A stretch of 64,000 bases of DNA. Origin: Macrostomum hystrix (taxonomy: Eukaryota; Animalia; Platyhelminthes). The position numbers and the translations under genes are program-made. Positions 35,394 through 47,371 of this stretch are shown here, one piece after another. The stretch's first letter is position 1. Each line of letters starts with the position of its first letter. The stretch is taken from contig CATNEN010000001.1 in NCBI GenBank assembly GCA_950097015.1, positions 17,856,001 through 17,920,000 on the forward strand, in the 5' to 3' direction. The notes under the pieces are model-generated. The model did no database searches, was not told where the DNA came from, and saw nothing but the letters and a program-made list of their open reading frames with translations.

Positions 35394-38393
35394 ATGGACT
35401 TGGCCTGGATTGCCGATAGGGCGGGACACGCATACGACTTCTATCTGTGGACACTTAGTAGGGCCGGTGAGTGCTGCATCATTCACATACTCATGTCTGT
35501 CATTGTACTGCCGCAGTGTCTGTAACAGTCTGTCATCTCACCTCCTGCAGTGTCTGTAACAGTCTGTCATCTCACTTCCAATAGTGTCTGTAACAATCTG
35601 TCATCTCCCCTCCTACAGGCTTGTCTGTAACTGTAAGGACTTTAGACTGAAGGCTGGCCAAGAATTGATTTACAACTGTGTCGAGCCAGTTGGGAGTTGC
35701 GGCTCGTTATATTATCGCTCTGTTCTATTTGACCCTAGGGCTTAGGGCACGGCTGGGCCCCGCGGGCCAGCCACCTCAACCAGCACGCAAACCACGCGTG
35801 ACACTGGTAAACAACTCAGCTTGCACTAAGAACCGACAGACGTAAACACTCGATGGTAGCAAAGCCATGATACAAAGTGGTGCAGAGTGAACGCATTAAA
35901 TAACATTCAAGAGGCCATTGAATAACATCACAGTAACAGTCTGTCATCTCACCTCCTACAGTGTCTGTAACAGTCTGTCATCTCACCTCCTACAGTGTCT
36001 GTAACAATCTGTCATCTCACCTCCTACAGTGTCTGTAACAGTCTGTCATCTCACCTCCTACAGTGTCTGTAACAGTCTGTCATCTCACCTCCTACAGTGT
36101 CTGTAACAGTCTGTCATCTCACCTCCTACAGTGTCTGTAACAGTCTGTCATCTCACCTCCTACAGTGTCTGTAACAGTCTGTCATCTCACCTCCTACAGT
36201 GTTTGTAACAGTCTGTCATCTCACCTCCTACAGGCTTGTATGTAACAGTCTGTCATCTCACCTCCTACAGTGTCTGTAACAGTCTGTCATCTCACCTCCT
36301 ACAGTGTCTGTAACAGTCTGTCATCTCACCTCTTACAGTGTTTGTAACAGTCTGTCATCTCACCTCCTACAGGCTTGTCTGTAACAGTCTGTCATCTCAC
36401 CTCCTACAGTGTCTGTAACAGTCTGTCATCTCACCTCCTACAGTGTCTGTAACAGTCTGTCATCTCCCCTCCTAGAGGCTTGTCTGTAACAGTTTGAAAT
36501 CTCACCTACAGTCTGTCACCGCATCCCGTGACTGTCCCCATCCCACAGACAAACGCGTGAATGGGTGGTTCCTGATGCAGGACTACTGGCCCACCTGGGC
36601 TCTGATGATTGCTTACCTGCTGGCTGTGCACTTCGGCAAGAAGCTTATGGCCAACAGGGAGCCATTCTGCCTTCGTTGGCCGCTAATTATCTACAATGCT
36701 GGCTTGGTTGTGCTCAACTTTCACATCTTCTGGGAGGTTAGACCGCTTGCAGTTAATGGATGAGTAGACTAGAGTCTGCTTAGTAGATGATAAGAAGACT
36801 GGTAGATGGATGAGTAGACTGGTAGGTTTATGAGTAGACTGGTAGGTTTATGAGTAGACTGGTAGGTTTATGAGTAGACTGGTAGGTTGATAAGTAGACT
36901 GGTAGATCGATAAGTAGACTGGTAGATGGATGAGTAGACTGGTAGGTTGATAAGTAGACTGGTAGATCGATAAGTAGACTGGTAGATGGATGAGTAGACT
37001 GGTAGGTTGATAAGTAGACTGGTAGATCGATAAGTAGACTGGTAGATCAGAAGTAATGGCAATGAGTTGATCTGCTTCCCCTGAAACTGTTTTGCGCTCT
37101 TCAGCTGCTGTACTGCTCACTGAAGCGCAGCTACAACTACCTGTGCCAGCCAGTTGACTACAGCGACAATCCGTTCGAGGTTCGCATCGCTAAAGCTCTA
37201 TGGTGGTACTACTTTTCAAAGTGCATCGAATTCATGGACACAATATTCTTTGTATTGCGCAAGAAGAATCACCTGATCAGCTTTCTGCATGTGTACCATC
37301 ACGCCACAATGTTTCCTCTGTGGTGGATTGGCGTCAAGTGGGTCGCCGGCGGGCAGTCGTTTCTAGGCGCCATGATCAACTCGTTTGTTCACGTGGTCAT
37401 GTATACCTACTATGGCCTGTGCGCTCTGGGCGAGTCAGTGCACAAGTATCTGTGGTGGAAGCGCTACCTCACCAGAATGCAGCTGGTTAGTTGTAGCCAA
37501 CTGCCTGTGCACCCTTACTGATGTCTGTAGAGTGCTGGTACCTCTCTACTCCTTCAGGGTGTCTTCATTTCATTCGTTACTTCAGGGTGTCTTCATTTCA
37601 TTCGTTACTTCAGGGTGTCTTCATTTCATTCGTTACTTCAGGGTGTCTTCATTTCATTCGTTACTTCAGGGTGTCTTCATTTCATTCGTTACTTCAGGGT
37701 GTCTTCATTTCATTCGTTACTTCAGGGTGTCTTCATTTGCTCCGTTACTTCAGGGTGTCTTCATTTCTTTCGTTACTTCAGGGTGTTTTCATTTCTTTCG
37801 TTACTTCAGGGTGTTTTCATTTCTTTCGTTACTTCAGGGTGTTTTCATTTCTTTCGTTACTTCAGGGTGTCTTCATTTGCTCCGTTACTTCAGGGTGTCT
37901 TCATTTCTTTCGTTACTTCAGGGTGTTTTCATTTCTTTCGTTACTTCAGGGTGTTTTCATTTCTTTCGTTACTTCAGGGTGTTTTCATTTCATTCGTTAC
38001 TTCAGGGTGTTTTCATTTCTTTCGTTACTTCAGGGTGTCTTCATTTCGCCGTATCCTCTGTTTTCTCAGCTGCCCATTCTATCTCATCTGGAGCCCTAAC
38101 CACCCATCGCCCAATCCTGCCAGGTGCAATTCTTCATCGGTATGGCTGTTGGCAGTCACTCGCTGCTCACAGGCTGCGGCGCTGTGCCCATCTGGATGGA
38201 GTACGGAGCCATGTTCTATGGCATGTCCATGATCGCACTGTTTGCCAACTTCTATCACAAGGAATACGTCACCAGGTACAATGCCAGTAGGAAGGCTAAG
38301 CTATCAACGCAACCGAATGGCAACGGAGTCCATAGCAACGGCGATAGCAACGGATTTGCTAGGCAGCATAGCAACGGAAAGAAGACTAATTGA
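35394..38393 (+). CDS. ELOVL4: Very-long-chain fatty acid elongase, ELOVL4-like, 303 aa, 4 exons
   Basis: Exons 35394-35466, 36549-36736, 37105-37485, 38124-38393, all GT-AG and in frame. Motifs [34 protein letters not shown] and C-terminal dilysine KKTN*. Confidence 0.95.
35514..36515. repeat. 34-bp minisatellite in ELOVL intron 1, interrupted by a solo LTR
   Basis: cagtgtctgtaacagtctgtcatctcacctccta units. Confidence 0.95.
35632..35932 (+). mobile_element. Solo LTR, 301 bp
   Basis: TGT...ACA termini, 5-bp TSD GTAAC (35627-35631, 35933-35937), ATTAAA ~35 nt before the 3' end. Confidence 0.8.
36758..37048. repeat. 20-bp minisatellite in ELOVL intron 2
   Basis: tgagtagactggtaggttga-type units. 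Confidence 0.9.
37552..38047. repeat. 28-bp minisatellite in ELOVL intron 3
   Basis: ttcagggtgtcttcatttcattcgttac units. Confidence 0.95.
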
Positions 38394-40709
38394 TAAATAG
38401 AAAGCAACTTTCTAGAACTAACCCACCTACTACTGGTCAGTAGTCTGTTTTGTAGAAATGTTTTACTTGTTTTTTTTATACAAAAAATTTTTTTTTAACT
38501 TTAATTTACTACAACTCAGCGCTTGCGGCTTGCTGGATCATTTGAAGCAACAAAGGTTCTCTTCTCAATCTCAGTTCACGCTTTCTATTTAGCTTATATT
38601 CACATTTTACTCTTTCCTTAGCAATTTGTTTTATTCTAATGCAATTGTTTCACTCGCACCTTATTTGTTGTCACCGCTATCGCCCGGGCGAACTAAACAC
38701 ATTTTATTACATAATTCTCTGTTCTCTGTTCGCTTCAATTGTTTTAACATTGTATTGCGTTGCCGACCACACAAACATGACGTTGTATCAAAGCTAAAAG
38801 ACAAACAAAAATATTTATAGATATTAGACATTTCTGTCTTACTGTTACATTGAATTCCTGTTTTTTCATCTCTCTATTTATTATTTGCTTGGCATAAATA
38901 TATCAGATTATCAGTTTTAAACTGCTTTAGTAGGATTTTTACTAACTAATAACCGTTTAACATCTCTGAATGCTCTGAGATTGCCTGGCTGCATTTATTT
39001 AGCTCACCGGCCCCTTTAACCACTCCTGTCTTATCTGCACTGTGTCTGGTCATCCCTTCTCTTCTCCCCAGTCTCATCCCTCCACTGTCTCATTCCACCA
39101 CTTTCTCATCTCTCCCGTGTCTCATCTCCACCGTGTCTTATCCCTCCCCTATCTCTTCTCTCCATGTCTCATCTCTCCCGTGCCTCATCTCTCTAAGTCT
39201 CATCTCTCCCGTTCCTCATCTCTCCCGTGTCTCATCTCTCCCGTGCCTCATCTCTCTAAGTCTCATCTCTACCGTGTCTCATCTCTCCCGTGCCTCATCT
39301 CTCTAACCCGTATAAAACGGAATGGTCACAAAAAAGGGGCTGTGACCGTTGTTGTGACTGTCATGGTCACATGTTACCGTTAGTGACCACGTTTTGTGAC
39401 CGCCATGGTCTCATGTTACCACTTGGTGTCCATAAAATGTGACCATTTGTCCGGGTCACCATGTGACCGTTCATTGTGACCGTATTTTGTGACCGTTATG
39501 TTCAGGGTCACCATGTGACCGTTCACTGTGACCGTATTTTGTGACCGTCATGTTCAGGGTCACCATGTGACCGTTCACTGTGACCGTATTTTGTGACCGT
39601 TATGTTCAGGGTCACCACGTGACCGTTCACTGTGACCGTATTTTGTGACCGTTATGTTCAGGGTCACCATGTGACCGTTCACTGTGACCATATTTTGTGA
39701 CCGTTATGTTCAGGGTCACCATGTGACCGTTCACTGTGACCGTATTTTGTGACCGTTATGTTCAGGGTCACCATGTGACCGTTCACTGTGACCGTATTTT
39801 GTGACCGTCATGTTCAGGGTCACCATGTGACCGTTCACTGTGACCGTATTTTGTGACCGTCATGTTCAGGGTCACCATGTGACCGTTCACTGTGACCGTA
39901 TTTTGTGACCGTCATGTTCAGGGTCACCATGTGACCGTTCACTGTGACCATATTTTGTGACCGTTATGTTCAGGGTCACCATGTGACCGTTCACTGTGAC
40001 CATATTTTGTGACCGTTATGTTCAGGGTCACCATGTGACCGTTCACTGTGACCGTATTTTGTGACCGTTATGTTCAGGGTCACCATGTGACCGTTCACTG
40101 TGACCGTATTTTGTGACAATACATTCTACTTGCTCCCAGCTTGTCCTTTAAATATTAGCTAGTGGAGCAGCTGAATGCACTGCGGTCAGTTGGCATTGAA
40201 TGGCATTGACTATGAACAGATCAAGCGTGCGGTGTCTGTCTATGTGAAGGGAGGTTTCAGCAGTACAGACGGCGATAAAATGCTCCGGACCCTGTACCGA
40301 GCAGTCTTCTCAACCGAGGAGCTAACGACCCGTTCCTACACCGGCCGCAAGACAAAAAAGGATGGTCCGCCGCCGAAGCCGGAAGTATCTAAGAAGAAAA
40401 AGTTCGCCATTAAGGCTTTTATAAGTGGGCTAAAGTTCCCTGAGGAATTTCCGAAGAAGTCCTATGCCACGATTTTCAAGCGCACTGCCTTCTGCGCTGC
40501 CCGAAAATTGAAGTCACCACTCAAAGTGACACCCAGCGGTCGCACTGGAAGGAACAAGGGCGGAAGGAAGGAAGCCGGTGATGAAGAAGGCGGCGGTGAC
40601 CTTGACAGCGCCAAGGAACTTGACCTTGACGGCGGTGACGTTGACGCCAAGGAGGACGACGACAGTGGCGACGACGACGAAGCCGCAGCCTCTAGCGACT
40701 CTTCCGGCA

Positions 40710-40793
40710 GCTTGGCGAACGGCTTCCCACATTCGCGCGCAAGCGCAAGTGCCAAGCGGACAGTCCGAGGAATCGGCTGGCAAAGAAGAAGCC
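40710..40793 (+). ncRNA. Candidate HDV-like self-cleaving ribozyme at the LINE 5' end
   Basis: P1 GCTTGG/CCAAGC, P2 GGCTTC/GAAGCC, P3 CAC/GTG, GG after P1, P4 with a GGAA loop, then G-C-AAA; G1 is the first base after the TSD. L3 is atypical. Confidence 0.55.
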
Positions 40794-41083
40794 AGGGGGG
40801 GGGAGGAGCCCGCGGACTCAGAGTAACATCTGAGGTCCGTGGGAAAAACCCCCTCCAACAGAGTGGTGACCCACTAACCACGGATCACACCTCTATAACC
40901 AATAGAACAGTGAGGCACCCTGGTGCCAACTCGGACGAGGAGGAGGAGGAGGAGGAGAAGGAGAAAGAAGAGTCGGAAGGAGAAAATAGAGAAGACGGAG
41001 GAACGAGAAGGACCGAAAAAGGAAAGAAAAGCAAAGAAAAAGAAAAAAATCAGAAAAAAAATCAGAGAGAAAATAACAAGAAT

Positions 41084-44000
41084 ATGAAACAAGAAGGGGA
41101 CTCGCAGAGATCGATTGAAGCAGGAATTAAGTTGCACCTGAGCACCATTGAGAAAAACCCAGGACCCAGGAACGCGGACCAGAGGAAAACAAGAAACAGG
41201 AGAAGAACGCTAAGAAGAAGGAAAAGAAAAGAGAAACGAATAAAGCAGAAGACGGAAGAGGCAGAATCGGACTGGAAAGAATTAAGAATAAAGATAGCAA
41301 CCTGGAACGTACAGCGGGCCAACATCGGTTCGGCAAGGTTTGGCGAGATCGTGAAGGCAGCCAGCAAATGGCAAATCACCTTAATCACGGAAACCCAAGT
41401 GACACAAACAGGAATCCGGGAATACAAAACAGTTGAAGGGACAAGCCACCTAATCCATTCCGGAAGGGTAGGCATCCTACTCTCTGAACCGGCATGGCTA
41501 CTGTGGCTGAAAGAAGGGAGAAAGATGCAACCACAAGAAAGAAGCCTAGCAATAGAACTAGGCGACTGCATCCTGGTGTCGGTTTACCAACCAGTCAAAG
41601 GTGTCGAAGGATACGACAGCACAATCATAGAGGTAAGAAGCGAACTCGAAAGAATCTTGACCACGGCGGGACAGAAGAAAGCCATTTTCATCGGAGGTGA
41701 CTTTAACGCATCAGTTGGAAGTAACAACACAGGAATGAACCCGAGGTCTGGAACCCCGTTCACCTGCATCGGAAAATGTAGCACACGAACAGCGAACGAC
41801 CAAGGCTTGGAACTAATGCTATGGATGGAAGAATGGAACTTGGTGTGGACAAGTTCTTTTTTCAAACAAAAGAAAGGAGGCACCTGGAAGAACCCGAGAA
41901 CGAAGAGATGGTACGAGCTAGACGGTTTCATTGTAAGGAAAGACCAACGGCACAAGACCGTAAGAAAAGTGTACACGGACCACAGCCCGAGGCTGTCGGA
42001 TCACTTACCGAAGGTCTTGTGGGCACACCCGAACCTGGCAAAACAAATCAGGAAGATCGCAAAGAAGAACAAAATAACAGCGATCAAGAAACAGAAGAGA
42101 AAGAGGATCGAGTGGGAAAAACTCAGAGAAGAGGAAGTTCGAGAAAAATTCGCAAAAGAAACGTCCCAGGAAACAGGAAATAACCAATGGGAAGAAGTGG
42201 AAAGAAACCTGGTGAAGAAGGCGGAAGCAGTATGCGGCATCAAGAAAAGACAGACTAACCCTTGGATGGCCGGGAAGGAAGAAGCACTGAAGGAACTTAA
42301 TATCGGTATCAAAAACGCCCTAAGAGAAAGGAACGAAGCAAATCGTGAGTGGCAGGAAACGCAGAACGAAGAAGACAGAGTGAAACTAGAAACAAAAAAG
42401 CAAGTACTCCGAGAGACGAGGAAAAAGAAAAACGAATGGCTCACGCAATGGGAAGAGGTCTGGTGGAACACACTAGCCGAAAAGTGTAAAGAGAACTGTG
42501 AGAAAGGAAACGTTGCAGGGATGTATGAAAACCTAAGAGAGATGGGTGCAGCGGAGATGGGTAACAGGAACCAGAGCAGAGGAAAGAACCTGTTCAGCGC
42601 AAACGATTTCAAAGAACATCTCGAACAAGTGCAGAAAGACCGTTTCGAGAATGACCCAACAACTATGTTGGCCAGGATTGACACGTTCGCTAAGCTTCAA
42701 GTACCCAAAAAAGTCCAAAGAACGGCAAACGAATCCCTGGTCGAACCCATCACTAGAACTGAATTCGAGAGAGAGATAAACAAGATGAAGAACGGTGCAC
42801 CGGGAGAAGACGACGTCAGACTGATTTACATCAAGACTGCGAACACAACCGTAAGGGAGAAATGTTTCACCGAGATTACGAGACTCTGGGAAGAACCAGC
42901 CAAGGAGTGGAAGGAAAGTCAGAAACTAGGACTGATCATCCCCTTACATAAGAAAGGCGACAAAAAAGACCTGAACAATTACCGAGGAGTATGTCTACTA
43001 CCAATGACAAGCAGGATACTGGCGAGAATCATCGCGACTCGCATAAACAAATGGGCAGAAGAAACCGAATGCCTAGATGATAACCAAGCCGGTTTCAGAC
43101 GCAACAGATCGACAATGGACGCCACCCAGATCATCCTGAGATTACAAGAAGACGCGACACTGATGAAGGAAATACGTGCAGACAGGGAAGAAAACGCGAA
43201 CAACAATGAGAACAACGAGAGCGACGAAGACAACGACGAAACCACGATAAAGCTACTAGACCTAAAAAAAAGCCTACCCACGAGTGAATAAACCCGCACT
43301 GTGGAAGCTGTTAGCGCACTACGAGATGCCAAAGAAGATGATTGATAAACTCAGAGACCTGCACGAGTACACCGCCTATAAGGTGCACACAGAGGATGAG
43401 GACAGCCAGACATTCTTCCCCCAGAGAGGACTACGCGAAGGATGCGCGACCTCACCGGTGCTCTTTAATATCTACCACCAGGCGGTCATGCGAGAAGCTG
43501 AGATAGAAAGGAAAGCGGCAGCGACAAACAAGGGCTTAGAAGTAGGTATTGAATGGGCGTACCTACCAGGCAATGACCTGCCCCCACAGAGGAACTACAA
43601 ATTCACGGAGGAAACAGTCACAACGCGGATCACTTGCTCACTGTTCGCGGACGACACCACGGTGATAGGCGAGAAAAAAGAGATCAAGGAAGGAACAGCG
43701 ACGGTAAAGAAGGTCATGGGATGGCTAGAGGAAAGAACAAATGATGCGAAGGAAGAAACAGCAACGTTAGGAACAGAAGAAAGCAATAAGATCCGAATGC
43801 TAGGAACGTGGCTAGGTAAGAAAGAAGACACCCACCAAAGACTGCAGAGAGCAACAAGCGCGTGGACTAAAGTCAAGAAAAGACTCAGGAGAACGAGACT
43901 GACCAAAAGAACCCAGGCGAGAGTAGTCGAAGCATGCGTAGAAAGTACGATGACGTTTAATGCAGGAGCAAGACCGTTCAAGAAAGGGGAAATTGACCAA

Positions 44001-44924
44001 CTGCAAAGAACAATGGACAAATTCTACCGCTATATATGGAGCAGCAAAACGAAAGAACCACTACGAGAAATGGAAGAGAAACAAATGAACATGTGGGACG
44101 TAAGAAGATCAATGGGAGTCAAATGTATCCAGAGAAAAATCGAGATCGCGCACTGGAGACGAATGGGACACGTTCTTAGACTACCGAACACCAGCCTCAC
44201 AAAGATCTGCGTAATGGGATGGAATAAAAGGTTAGAAAAGGCGAAAAGACCGAAGAAGAGGAGAACAACTATAATTACGTATTGGAGAAAACTGGTTCGG
44301 AAAGCCAAACTCGACCCATTGAAGGTCGGACAATACGCGAACGACAGAACCAAGTGGAAAGAGACCATCAGAAAGAGAGACGCCGAATGGGAGAAGATCG
44401 AACGGCTAAGATGCAAAGGTAGAGAAGGAAACGAAACCGTAGAACTGGAAGAAAGGAACCAGGCCAGCAGCCCCCAAACGGAAGAAAACGAACTAACAGG
44501 CTTCAGATGCTGGGAAGTAAACTGCGGAAAGATATGTAGATCGAGAGGTGGGCTGGCCATCCACCGGAAGAGAATGCACAAAACCGACACGGGAATAAGA
44601 ATGAAATGCGGAAGGTGTAACGACGAGTTCAGAACGGAAGCAACAAGGAAAAATCACGAGCAATGGTGCTCAGGAGGCAGAACGGAAGGAACAAAAAGAG
44701 AGTGCAACAACTGCAAGAGATGGATCAGTAAGACGAATTATGCAAGACATAGAAGGCAATGCGTAGAGGACCCGCCGGCAATCAAAAGCCCGAGGACGGT
44801 AGACGAGGTGACAAGAACGGTGGCGAGAATTCATAAGAGGAAGAGAGCGGAATGCCGATACTGCAAGAAATGGCTGTCAGCAACAAACATGGCACGGCAC
44901 GAACGAGGATGCGGCGAGCATTAG
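41084..44924 (+). CDS. RTE polyprotein: 2A-like peptide, APE endonuclease, reverse transcriptase and C-terminal zinc fingers; one +1 frameshift in A8 at 43264-43271
   Basis: Deleting one A restores LLDLKKAYPRVNKPALW and a ~1279-aa ORF; no other disruptions seen. Confidence 0.9.
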
Positions 44925-47371
44925 GAGAAGAGCCTACGTCCGAGACCCAGGGTGCCACCTACGCCAGATGGCGATAAAATGGTGGAAGAAGAAGAAGAAG
45001 AAGACTCTTCCGGCAACCCATCAGCGGAGGCGAAGTAGAGCCTGAAATTAAGCCATTTGAACATTATTATTTTTCAGTTTTTTTGTGACGGATCGCTAAA
45101 CTAAGTGCGAAATGCACTACAATTGTACAATGCCAAATTATATTATGTTTTAATGACAGTATTATGTTTTTTCTTAATAGTTACTGGCTATGGCCTTCCT
45201 TGGACTGGCTTTGGTGTGCAGAAAATTATGAAGCATGACACGGCCAACAATAGTTGCTGAACATAGCAAGACAAGTGATGCAAAGTGTCCAGTGAAAGCT
45301 GGCTGGAAAGCAGGTAGTGCCAGTAACTAATTACACCTTGTACCTTTATATGTTTCCTAAAATTGCTTATAACCATCGATACCAATATTTACATATAAAA
45401 AGTTATGGCATTTGATGCGCGGGCAGTTTGCCGATACAAATACAGCGACTTTTTACTAGCTATATTTTACTGGCTATTTTTGTTACTGCCACTACTGCCT
45501 TTTTATCAATATAAAGAAAGTCATGGCATTTTACATTTGATATAATTCATAATAAATATTAAGTATATTCAGATGTATAGATTTTTTTCTTGTTACTATT
45601 TTCTGGTGCTACTGCCAGTCACACAACGGACACACAGAATGGTCACACAAAATATGGTCACAGTGAACGGTCACATGGTGACCCTGAACATGACGGTCAC
45701 AAAATATGGTCACAGTGAACGGTCACATGGTGACCCTGAACATAACGGTCACAAAATATGTGTCTTATCTCCCCCGTGACTTATCCCTCCCCTATCTCAT
45801 CTCTCCCGTGTCTCATCTCTAATCTCAGAGAAACTTAAAAGGGTTCTCTGCACACCCAAAATGTTGCAGATACAACATGACTTCCATAGAGTCTCACGCC
45901 CACGTTTCACGCCCCAGCAGCATTCTTTGGGAGAGCAACTTTCTCTGACTATTAGGCGTGCTGTGCTGCGGGTGGCAGGAGTTTGCAATAGAAGGCTGCA
46001 GTCGCATGGAGACAGGAGAGTGTACTCAGCTGGAATCGGATGTCTTCAGGCCCGCCAAGCCATTTCCTTTCTTGAACTGGCCTCTGTTAGCTTTTTGCTT
46101 GGTTTTCTTTTGTCTGCGGCATCGCATTTCGTTGCCAATTTCCTTGCTTAAACACGAAGTCGCTGCCTGGCTTCAGCTGCGGCCGCGTGCACTGTTCTTG
46201 AGTTCTGCTTTGTTAAGGAAATTCAACTTCAACTTCAATTGGGTTCTATAAGCCGGTCGGTAGTGGGAATTCCACGAATGTTTGGCGGCCGCCACAGTCC
46301 ATGGACTAAACAGGTGTACACAGACTTGGGGAATCGTTGACAGAAATATGATAATTTTCCCTTAACCTCCCCTGATAACTTTTTGCTGTGTCTGCTGTGA
46401 GAACACGTGCCAACTTTTTGTTGCGCATCTTCTGAGACAATAATCAAGTCGCCAGCCCTTCAGACCGTCAAGATATTCAACGGTTCTGGCCGAGGGTCTG
46501 ATCTTTGCCCTAAGAGCTAGTGTACTTGTACAGTGTATTTCATCTTCAATTTTCTCGATCGACAGCCATCAATTATCCAATTAAAGTTTCTGGATCTGGC
46601 TAAAATGCTGCATTAATCCTTCATTGCCGGGTAAGAATTCTGCTTAACTGTCATCATCCGGCTCAGCAATTCAGCCCCAGCCAGTTAAAATTCCTAAACG
46701 TTATGATGATGAATATTTAATTGCTTCCCAGCCTGCTATAGAAGTGGCAATTCTCGCCTTATCGGGGCCGTGACAAAAGAATTGCCTCATCTTTTTGCTG
46801 CCTTCTCCGCTCTATTTGAGTCTGGTTTACTCAGACTCATGCGTGCTCAAGAAATCGTCTTTGAAAAAAATGGCCCGGGGGGTTAATGGGAAAAAAGTCT
46901 TTCAACAATTTTCATTTCTCCCCAGCCTCCCCTCACCTATCCGGCTTTCTAGTCTCAAAAGTTCACTCGTGTCGAGTACCCGACGCCACTTTAGCGTGGT
47001 GCTGACTCGCCCAACTGTTCTCAAAGCTGTGTTTACAAAGGCATTTGAGCACGGCAAAAAATGAATTTGAATTATTTAGAAGATCTTCAGTCAGGAGGGG
47101 GTCTGCTCAGTCAATGACAGACTGACTCCAGCTCAACCGCCATCAATTTGCACTTTCCCTGCTCTGCAGGATTCTCATTAAGGCGGACCACTTAAGATTT
47201 TGTCATTCAACTTTCTATGCTCAGTTGAGCACAGATGACGGAGTGGCATTCCAATGGCTGCTTTGGAGATCAACTTGAGATCATCTGAGCTCAGGTGTAC
47301 TTTAGCTGCAGCTGTACTTTGAGAATCCTTAATTCGCATAAAAATCAATAATCCATAATCAGGATCCTAGA

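Larger units (their letters stand above)
40710..45002 (+). mobile_element. Full-length RTE-clade non-LTR retrotransposon (4293 bp)
   Basis: 13-bp TSD GACTCTTCCGGCA (40697-40709, 45003-45015); (GAA)6 tail; APE endonuclease (TWNV, GGDFNA, SDH) and RT (NYRGV, QAGFR, GLREGC, LFADD) in one ORF. Confidence 0.95.
40159..45038 (+). pseudogene. BEN-domain ORF split by the LINE (40159-40709 plus 45016-45038)
   Basis: LRTLYRAVFSTEELTTRSYTG...KPEVSKKKKFAIK fits the BEN consensus; removing the LINE and one TSD restores ...DSSGNPSAEAK*; a 10-bp duplication at 40191-40210 shifts the N-terminal frame. Confidence 0.65.
39307..45760. mobile_element. CMC/EnSpm-like non-autonomous DNA transposon with 52-bp subterminal repeats, right end truncated
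   Basis: Begins CCCGTATAAAACGG inside a tctcatctctccc minisatellite; ~13 x 52-bp gtgacc-rich repeats (39450-40117) occur inverted at 45639-45760; the minisatellite resumes after 45760. No matching right TIR seen. Confidence 0.6.

Noticed and set aside
37385-38290. 301/205/192-aa ORFs overlapping ELOVL
   Set aside because: A stop-free 28-bp intronic repeat read in all three frames.
40462-44590. Minus-strand ORFs opposite the LINE
   Set aside because: Antisense shadows of an A-rich coding strand; no recognisable motifs.
45830-47340. Moderately GC-rich segment with short ORFs
   Set aside because: No consistent splice structure or recognisable protein motif.
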